Source: an uncultured Verrucomicrobiae bacterium (GTDB lineage Bacteria; Verrucomicrobiota; Verrucomicrobiia; Palsa-1439). Taken from it: a DNA stretch of 64,000 nucleotides. Of the stretch, positions 49,735-57,065 are shown piece after piece. How positions within the stretch are numbered: the stretch's first letter is position 1; each line of letters opens with the position of its first letter. The position numbers and the translations under genes were made by a program. Below the pieces are notes generated by a model. It searched no databases. It worked only from the letters and a program-made list of their open reading frames with translations, and had not been told where the DNA came from. The stretch lies in the NCBI GenBank assembly GCA_963812605.1, contig CAWEWF010000014.1, forward strand, positions 605,003 through 669,002, written 5' to 3'.

Positions 49735-51578
49735 TACCGAACGGAGATGGAAGCGACCGACTCACGATAAGGCTTCCCATCACGGTACAACTGCGCGCGC
49801 GCCTCGATCTCGCCGGCCAATTTCAATTGCCCGTCTGCGCGCGCCAATTTCGCGGCTTCTTCAGCGGACGCAAGCGCTTCCTGAAAGCGGCCTGCCGCTG
49901 CGTACGCCGCCGCCAGCGTGTCGAGGTAGGTAGCTTGCCCGGCGATCCAGCTTCAAGGCGAGTTGAACGGCCTGCGCGTGGTCCGCCGAAGTCGACTTCT
50001 CGGCTGTCGCCAATAGCCAGGCGAGATTGTTGTACGCGTCGGCACGGTCGGGATCCAGCCGCAACACCTCTTCGTAATGGGCAATCGCTTCGCCGTTTTT
50101 GCCCTGTGAAACCAGGACAACCGCCAGGTTGAAGTGCACGGACGGTTCGTTGGGATCGGTCCGCAAGGCCTCTTGGAACTGGCTGATCGCATCGTTCTGG
50201 TTGCCCGCCTCTCCCAGGGCAACTCCCAAGTTGTCGTGCGCCGCCCAAGCCTTCGGATTCTTTGCCAGGTTGTCACGCCAGAGCGTTTGGTTATCGGCGT
50301 ACACCGTACTGCGCTGCCATGTTCCCGCCGCCAGTGCCACCAGTATCCCTCCGCTGACCGCGATGGCCCAGGGACGGCCGGGTTTGCCAACGCGGCGGTA
50401 AACCCAGTCGCCGGCGGCGACTGCCAAGGCGATGACCCCACGATGGAGAAGTACTGCCAGTGATCGGCCACCAGCGAATAGTGATAGAAGCCTTGATCGA
50501 AGAATCCCAGCACCGGAAACAGCGTCACCACAAAATAGCCAAAGCCAAATAACAGAGCTCGTCCCCAAGTCTGCCGTTTCCACCAAAACACCGCGAAGCA
50601 GCCGACCAGCGCAATCCCCGGCACGCAGGAAATCCAGCGAGAGGCATCGATATCCCATTTGGGATACATGATGGTCAGGTTCAGGGGCCAGAGCGCCTTG
50701 GAGAGATAGAACCAGGGCACCCAGCCCGCCGTCATCAGGCGGGAAAGAAATCCTTCTGGGCGAGCCGTATTTCCTCCCAACGCCCGGTGATGCTGAAACC
50801 AGATGGTCGTCAGCCCGAGGACCAGCGCAAGGACAAAGAAAGGCACACTGTTGCAGGAGGTCTTTCCACCGAACCCGACCATGCTGCCACCACACGCACC
50901 CCAGGAGGACAAACGGCAGCATTACGACCGCCGACTTGCTCAACAGGGCCAGTAGAAACGTCGCAAGTGAAAGGACGTACGTGCGCCGCCGCCTTCTTCG
51001 TCGAATCGTAAAAAGAGCAGGATCGACGCGGCATAGAAGAGCATTGCCATTGTGCTTTTCTGTTCAATAACCCAGCAAACCGTGGCGGCGTTCACGGGAT
51101 GGATGGCAAACACGAGTCCCGCAGCCCATGCGCCGGGAATTTTGAGTCGACGCAAGACCAACCACACCAGAACAGCACTGGCAGCATGCAGCAGCACGTT
51201 GACGACGTGGTAGCCTGCCGGGTGATTGCCCCACAAATGCCACTCGAACCACAACAGGCTCCATGTCAGCGGATAATAATCCGGGGCCTCGGTCGTGAAC
51301 CAAATCCGCTGCAGCCCGTCGGGGGCTTTGAGCAACTGGTTGTGGAGAATCAGGGTGCCATCATCAAAGACAAAGCCGTCCTGCCAGGCGGGCAGATAAG
51401 TGATGACGGTTATCAGGAGGATCAAGCCGGCCATGCCGAGGAATGTCCGCGTCGGCATGTTTATCAAGCGCAACTGCTGGCCGCCTGGATCGGGTTGGCG
51501 GGCAGTTGTGTGGGCTTTTGTTTTCGTCATCGCGTTCCGAGTGGGCGGCATCTTAGCAACTCGAAGTGAAAACAGCAA
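49735..51578 (-). pseudogene. TMTC/PMT-like (DUF1736-type) membrane glycosyltransferase with C-terminal TPR repeats, paralogue 1; about 4 frame breaks
   Basis: FVFDDGTLILHNQ, EAPDYYPLTWSLLWFEW, YHVVNVLLHA and AIHPVNAATVCWVIEQK. The continuation switches between ORFs 50940..51578, 49861..50943 and 49953..50912. The last TPRs (AGQATYLDTLAAAYAAAGRFQEAL..YRDGKPYRESVASISVR) end at a TAG at 49735. Confidence 0.75.
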
Positions 51579-51593
51579 AAACCGTCTTCCCGA

Positions 51594-51822
51594 GGCAAGC
51601 CGGCGGCTTGCCCTACAATACGCCGGCCATTGGCAAGCGGGCCGCTTGCCCTACAATACGCTGGCCAATTGTAGGGCAACGGGCCCCCGTTGCTGTTGTA
51701 CAATTCATTGGCAAGCGGGCCGCTTGCCCTACAAATTCAACAACCGCCCGCCAGGATTGTAGGGCGACGGGCCCCGTTGCCGTTTATGTCCGGGATTGGC
51801 AAGCGGGCCGCTTGCCCTACAA
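51594..51822. repeat. Array of 6 REP units in alternating orientation (BIME-like), upstream of the RAYT gene
   Basis: GGCAAGCGGGCCGCTTGCCCTACAA (x3), GGCAAGCCGGCGGCTTGCCCTACAA, and the inverted TTGTAGGGCAACGGGCCCCGTTGC / TTGTAGGGCGACGGGCCCCGTTGCC. Spacers are 12-28 nt. Confidence 0.85.
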
Positions 51823-51865
51823 ATCGGTCTTGTCGTACAATGCGGCGGGCTGCTATAACCGCGGC

Positions 51866-52514
51866 ATGGCGCATCCGCCACGGATTCCGGTCTGGCTGCC
51901 ACTGGATAAACCGGTTGTCTACTTCGTGACGTGGTGCGTCCGCAATCGTCGGCCCGTACTGGCCAACGCCGAGGCCTTGATTGCCTTCCAAAATGCCGTG
52001 GGCCGATTGACCCGCTGGCAGGTCATCGCCGCCGTTCTGATGCCCGATCATGTGCATGCTCTGACGTGTCCGTTGGATCGCGAGGAGGCGGTCGGTGATT
52101 TTTCCGCGCTGGTGAAACGCTGGATGCGCCAGGAGTTGACGCGCTGCCAGGATCGTAGGGCAATTTATTGGCACGCGGGCCGCGCGCCCTACAATAATTG
52201 TAGGGCAACGGGCCCCGTTGCCGTTAAACCGAGATCGGCACGCGGGCCGCGTGCCCTACAATACGCCGGGCATTGGCAAGCCGGCGGCTCGCCCTACAAG
52301 TGGCAAGCGGGCCGCTTGCCCTACAAGCAAGCCGGCGGCTTGCCCTACAAATTGGGAATGGCAGCCGGGGTGTTTTGACCGGCTGCTGCGCTCCGATGAA
52401 TCCGCTCAGCAGAAATGGGAATACATCCGAGAGAATCCCGTGCGGGCCGCGTTGGTAAGCGAATGGCAGGCCTGGCCGTATCGCGTTGGGTTCAATCCGC
52501 CGTCAGGGTTGTAG
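51866..52514 (+). mobile_element. REP-associated tyrosine transposase (RAYT, IS200/IS605 Y1 HUH family) gene, split by an internal REP array
   Basis: MAHPPRIPVWLPLDKPVVYFVTWCVRNRRPVL. The HUH motif lies in VLMPDHVHAL. The C-terminal piece, in another frame, is WQPGCFDRLLRSDESAQQKWEYIRENPVRAALV (YxxxNP tyrosine motif). The stop TAG (52512-52514) is the GTAG of the next REP. Confidence 0.75.
52154..52350. repeat. 6-7 REP units inserted within the RAYT reading frame
   Basis: GGCACGCGGGCCGCGCGCCCTACAA, TTGTAGGGCAACGGGCCCCGTTGCC, GGCACGCGGGCCGCGTGCCCTACAA, GGCAAGCCGGCGGCTCGCCCTACAA, GGCAAGCGGGCCGCTTGCCCTACAA, CAAGCCGGCGGCTTGCCCTACAA. Confidence 0.85.
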
Positions 52515-52660
52515 GGCAACGGGCCCCGTTGCCGTTATTCCGGAATCGGCAAGCGGGCCGCTTGCCCTACAATTCCCACAACCGCCGTCAGGATTGTAGG
52601 GCAACGGGCCCCGTTGCCATCATATAATTCATTGGCAAGCGGGACGCCCGCCCCACTACC
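52509..52660. repeat. 4 REP units downstream of the RAYT gene
   Basis: TTGTAGGGCAACGGGCCCCGTTGCC (x2), GGCAAGCGGGCCGCTTGCCCTACAA, GGCAAGCGGGACGCCCGCCCCACTAC. Confidence 0.85.
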
Positions 52661-52664
52661 ACGT

Positions 52665-52701
52665 GGGGAAAAGAAAGAGGCCAGTCTTTCGACTGGCCTC
52701 T
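52665..52701 (-). terminator. Intrinsic terminator after the PEP-CTERM gene at 52742-53468
   Basis: On the minus strand, an 11-bp perfect stem AGAGGCCAGTC-GAAA-GACTGGCCTCT is followed by TTCTTTTCCCC, 40 nt past the stop codon. Confidence 0.6.
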
Positions 52702-52741
52702 CCAGAAACGAACTTAAGGGTTTTTCCCTTTGAATAACTGT

Positions 52742-53468
52742 TTAGCTGCGACGACGAAGACCCAAAAGACCGAGCAAACCCGTGCCGACGAGAAGATACG
52801 TCGAAGGCTCGGGAACGATCGGATCGAGTCTGAGTTGACCAACTGTCGTGTTTTGGTTACCGTTGGTGTTGTTATAAGCGTTCAGCCATACCGTTTTGTC
52901 CACCAGCAAACGTGCCGATGAGTGGAGTGGTCAACGCATTATCTGTGTCCGGGCTCGCGGTGCCACTGGTCATTGACGACGGATACGTCCAGTGACCGCC
53001 TGTTGCACCCTGAAGTCCCTCAAACACACCAACTTGAGTCGCGTTAGCGGTGGTATTTGAATTAAACACCAACACGTAAATGCTACCGCTGGCAAAGCCA
53101 GGGTTCGTACCACTAAAGGTAGCGGCAATCGCGCCAGAGTTTTTGTCAGCCGTTACCAGCTGAAGTTCCAGAACCAATGGCGTTACTGAAAACACCGCTC
53201 AACGGCACGAAGTCAGACAACAAGACGGCATAGCTGGCCGGAGTCAGTTGGTTCCCAGTAGCGAGCGCCGCAATCACGGCATCGCTCTGTGAGAACTGGC
53301 CCATTTCAACCAAGCTACCATCGTGCAGGTACACCCCACCCGACGTGGCGAAGAAGTTACTAGTCATCTGCACGCAAGCGCGATGTTTGCTGCGTACACG
53401 CGGGCCGAGCCCACGCACGCAATCGCCGCTGCTACCGCTGCGAACTTAAAGATCGTTTTCCCATTCAT
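52742..53468 (-). CDS. PEP-CTERM protein, with about 3 frame breaks
   Basis: Signal peptide MNGKTIFKFAAVAAAIACVGSARVYAA (ATG at 53468). Body in ORFs 53146..53418 and 52872..53195. The canonical tail DPIVPEPSTYLLVGTGLLGLLGLRRRS* is read at 52742-52825 in a third frame. Confidence 0.65.
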
Positions 53469-53537
53469 TCTATTAATCCCTTTCCCTGTGTTCGTTTTCT
53501 GACTGCCCTGATTGTTTAACAGTTTTCCTGTTTTAAG

Positions 53538-54611
53538 TCAAGTGTTTAGTACGGCGCCGGCGATTGTATAGTTAAACGGCGACGCCAAGTTGCGTTGGAT
53601 GACCATGACCGCCCCAAACGGCAACTGGTTCGTTCCGCGATCAATTGACGTGCTATTGGCATCACGCCAGCCGGGCGTGGCGCCTCGTTGTGCGGAACCA
53701 GTACTGGGCAGACCTGTTGCGCTACGGGATCCCAAACAAGCACATTGTCCGCATTCGCCAGCGTGTTGGAACCGTTGACACCAGTGCGGGATATCGCCCG
53801 TGTACAACAGCGAGTTGCTCAGCGTATAATTGGTGGCATAAACCATTCCGAGCGTATGTCAAGCCGCTTGCAACGCCAGGAACGATGGTCGGACCGAGCT
53901 TGACCGCCGCCAACCAGTTTGGTTGACGCCGTTCCCGCGATATTTCGCTGAACCACAATGCCCTGATCAATATAAAGGAGGTTTGTTCCGCGATCAATCG
54001 ACGTGCTGTTGGCATCGCGCCAGCCTGGGGTGGCACTCGTTGTGCGGTACCAGTATTGGGCAGACGATTGAGCTCAGAGGATTCCAAACAAGCACGTTGT
54101 CCGCATTCGCCTAGTGTGTTGGAACCATTGAGGCCCGAATTGGCTGGTGGCCCAAACGCGGTGTTCAACGTCCAGTGCGGATAGATCTTGAAGGTTTCGG
54201 TCGCGGCAACCTCCGACGAATCATCGTTGGCGGTGGTGACGGACGTCGCGTCGTTGGTGACGATGTCATCCGTCAAACCCGCAAACGGGCCCGAGGTGAT
54301 TTCAATAAAGTACTGGGTCGCGCCGCCAGGCCCGATGAATTGGCCCGGTGTCAGCGTACTGTTCACCGTGAGCACGCTGACCAGCCACAGCAGTTGACGA
54401 TTCCGCGCAGCGCCGGAATCTGGGTCATCCCCAAGCTCAGATAAGAGAGCCCGTTGCCGACCGAGGTCAGCGTGATGAACCCGACCGGATCAGTGAACAC
54501 ATCGGTCGCGCGGGCTTGGAAGCCGGTCGCGGCGGTGATCAACCCGATGGTGATTACGAAAGTTAATTTCGGAAGGAAGTTCCAACCCCGTGGCTGTTGT
54601 GCTTGTTGCAT
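53538..54611 (-). pseudogene. Secreted TDPVGF-motif protein with two internal repeats; many frame breaks
   Basis: Signal/TM LTFVITIGLITAATGFQARA, then TDVFTDPVGFITL. Two repeats of NADNVLVW(N/D)P...GWRDANSTSIDRGTN are recoverable only by hopping among three frames (ORFs 54363..54611, 53722..54375, 53546..53743 and 53538..53846). The family name (possibly TIGR02597) is from memory only. Confidence 0.55.
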
Positions 54612-54986
54612 GTTCTCCTCGCCTAGCTTTTCCCAGTTGCCTCGTTCACGACTCGGTGAACTATCTAATTTCGCCTATACCCTATCTGCACTGACTCGGT
54701 GAATCTAACTGCCCGTAGACTACCAGCGGAGGCATTCTCTGTCAATAACTTATTCGCAGATTTATGGAAAATCTTGTCAGGTTTGCGTAGCATTATCAGT
54801 CATGAGAATCTCCCGGCTAAAAACAGCGATTTTACAGGGGTTTACATGTATTTTTTGGTCCCGGGAGCGATGTGACGGCGAAGTTTGATGGCCTGTAAGC
54901 CAGTATTTTGCTGGTTTTGGTGGTGTCTGACAGAAAATTCGGCGAAAAAGCGGCGGTGGAAAAATGGGAGGGGGGAGGGGAGGGGG

Positions 54987-55150
54987 CACGGCTCGCAGAG
55001 CCGTGGCTACACCGACCCGGCTCCCCCCAAGGGGAGGGGGAGATTCGCATTGAATACGAATCGATTGCACGGTGTCGTTGGGCGGCCTTCGGCGCGGTGG
55101 GCCACCGCGCCCTACCGCGATTTTGGTAGGGCGGGCTGGCCCAGCCCGCC
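54987..55150. repeat. Three REP units
   Basis: CACGGCTC-GCA-GAGCCGTGGCTAC, GCGCGGTG-GGC-CACCGCGCCCTAC, GGTAGGGCGGGCTG-GCC-CAGCCCGCC. Confidence 0.6.
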
Positions 55151-55183
55151 GTCCGCAATCATTTCCGACAGCACGCTACCGGC

Positions 55184-56974
55184 TCACCGGGCGGGTTGCA
55201 GGCGGGCGAGCGCGGTGCGCGCTTCGGAGAAATTGGGATTGAGCCGGAGCGCTTGTTGGTAGTGCTCGGTGGCTTCCCGCAAATTGCCGGCGCGCTCGAG
55301 AGCGATTCCCAGATAATAATGTGCGTCGGCGGAATTGGAATTGATCCGCAGCGCTTGCTCCCAATGTTCCATCGCTTCCGGCATGCGGCCGAGTGCGGCC
55401 AGGACGAGTCCGAGATTGACGTGCGCCTTCGCGTAATTGGGGTCGAGTCGCAAAGCTTCCTCGTACTGCGCTTTGGCTTCCGGCAGTTTTTGCAGTTGGA
55501 ACAAGACGACGCCGAGATTGTTATGCGCATGGGCGTAATCGGGCGCGAGGCGCACTGCTTGTTCATAATGTTCCCGGGCTTCGTCCAATTTGCCGGCTTG
55601 TTGCCAGGCGCTGCCCAAATTGTTTTGCGCCTCGGCGAAATTGGGATGAAGCCGCAACGCCTGCTCGTAGAGTTCGATGGCTTCGGGCACATTCCCGGAA
55701 GCCTGCAAGACCAGCCCCAGATTGTTGTCCGCCATCCAGGCGTTTGGATTTTTGCGGAGGGTATCGCGCCAGAGAGTTTCCGAAGTTGCGTAAACGCCGG
55801 CCCGGGTCCACGTGGCGGTTCCCAGCGCCAGCAATACCGCCAGGGCCGCCACTTCTGCCACAGGCCGGAGTGGTTGATCGATTCGGCGTCCAATCATTGT
55901 CACCGCCGCGACCGCCAACGCGATGACGCCCACGATGGAGTAATACTGCCAGTGATCGGAAACCAACGAGTATTGATAAAAGGATTGGTCGAAGAAGCCC
56001 AGCACGGGAAAGAGCATGACGACGAAATAGCCGAGCCCAAAGAACCAGGGACGCCCCCAAGTCCGGCGGTTCCACCAGAAAAGCGCGAGACATCCCACGA
56101 GAGCCGTTCCCGGCAACCAGGAAAGCCACTGGGAAACATCAATGTTCCACTGCGGGTAGATGGCGCTGAGGTTGAAGGGCAGAAGCGCCTTGTAAAGATA
56201 GAACCACGGGACCCAGCCGGCGGCGGCGAGACGAAAGGGGAAACCGACGGCGCGGACCGGGTGGGCTTTCAGGAAGTGCTCATTATGGAAGTAGATCGTT
56301 ACCAATCCCGAGACCAATGAAAGGCCGAAGAACGGCGCGCTGCAGAAGAGGTCTTTCAGCCGCAGGCGTCCGCGCTGCCACCAGACGCAGCCTAATAAGA
56401 CCACCGGCAGCATGACCACGGCGGACTTGCTGAAAAGGGCCAGCAAGAATGCCGTCAAGGAAAGGCCCAACCAACGCCACCCGCCTTCTTCGTCGAATTT
56501 CAAAGAGAGCAGGATCGCGGCGGCGTAGAAGAGCATCGAAAGCGTGTTTTTCTGTTCGCTGATCCAGGCGACCGTGGCCGCGTTTACCGGATGGATCGCG
56601 AACACGAGCGCCGCTAGCCATGCTCCCGGGATTTTCAAGCGCCGGAGGACCAGCCACACCAGGATGGCATTGATGGCGTGCAGCAATACATTGACGACAT
56701 GGTACCCCGCCGCGCTGTCGCCCCAGAACCGCCACTCCGCCCACCAGAGGCTCCATGTCAGCGGATAGTAATCCGGCGCTTCCGTCGTAAACCAGAAACG
56801 GTACAACCCGTCGCCGGCACGAAGCAGGGGATTGTGGATGATCAGGGTATCATCGAAGACAAAGCCGCCGTGCAGTGCCGGAAAGTAAACGACGAACGTG
56901 ACGACCGCCAATACGAGGGCCAGGAACCAGGGTTGTTGCGCAAAGGAGATTTTTGCCGTCGGCTGGGTTGCCAT
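55184..56974 (-). CDS. TMTC/PMT-like membrane glycosyltransferase with C-terminal TPR repeats, paralogue 2 (intact)
   Basis: MATQPTAKISFAQQPWFLALVLAVVTFVVYFPALHGGFVFDDTLIIHNP, EAPDYYPLTWSLWWAEW, AIHPVNAATVAWISEQK, about 11 TM helices, then about 7 TPRs. The ATG at 56974 is chosen by conservation with paralogue 3; the ORF-track start at 57091 reads through the promoter region. Confidence 0.85.
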   Translation of the reverse strand: MATQPTAKISFAQQPWFLALVLAVVTFVVYFPALHGGFVFDDTLIIHNPLLRAGDGLYRFWFTTEAPDYYPLTWSLWWAEWRFWGDSAAGYHVVNVLLHAINAILVWLVLRRLKIPGAWLAALVFAIHPVNAATVAWISEQKNTLSMLFYAAAILLSLKFDEEGGWRWLGLSLTAFLLALFSKSAVVMLPVVLLGCVWWQRGRLRLKDLFCSAPFFGLSLVSGLVTIYFHNEHFLKAHPVRAVGFPFRLAAAGWVPWFYLYKALLPFNLSAIYPQWNIDVSQWLSWLPGTALVGCLALFWWNRRTWGRPWFFGLGYFVVMLFPVLGFFDQSFYQYSLVSDHWQYYSIVGVIALAVAAVTMIGRRIDQPLRPVAEVAALAVLLALGTATWTRAGVYATSETLWRDTLRKNPNAWMADNNLGLVLQASGNVPEAIELYEQALRLHPNFAEAQNNLGSAWQQAGKLDEAREHYEQAVRLAPDYAHAHNNLGVVLFQLQKLPEAKAQYEEALRLDPNYAKAHVNLGLVLAALGRMPEAMEHWEQALRINSNSADAHYYLGIALERAGNLREATEHYQQALRLNPNFSEARTALARLQPAR

Positions 56975-56981
56975 CGGGCCA

Positions 56982-57010
56982 ATCATAGGGTTTTCTGCGG
57001 GGCGAGACAA
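56982..57010 (-). promoter_or_regulatory. Sigma70-like promoter, TTGTCT-N17-TATGAT, ending 7 nt before the ATG (possible leaderless mRNA)
   Basis: The minus strand reads TTGTCTCGCCCCGCAGAAAACCCTATGATTGGCCCGATG. It lies within a ~75-nt block almost identical to 59214-59290. Confidence 0.45.
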
Positions 57011-57065
57011 GGATCGGTACGGTCGCCGGCGGCCATTCCCAAAGACAATGGCAACAGGACTCGGC

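Noticed and set aside
51594-52660. CRISPR array
   Set aside because: The repeats are ~25 nt palindromic hairpins in alternating orientation. Spacers are only 12-28 nt and variable, with no uniform repeat-spacer periodicity and no cas genes. A RAYT gene lies in the middle, so this is a REP/BIME array.
55196-56320. 374-aa plus-strand ORF and other long ORFs antisense to the TMTC-like genes (55563..56129, 56283..56756, 57644..58060)
   Set aside because: These are shadow ORFs of the well-supported minus-strand TMTC-like genes.
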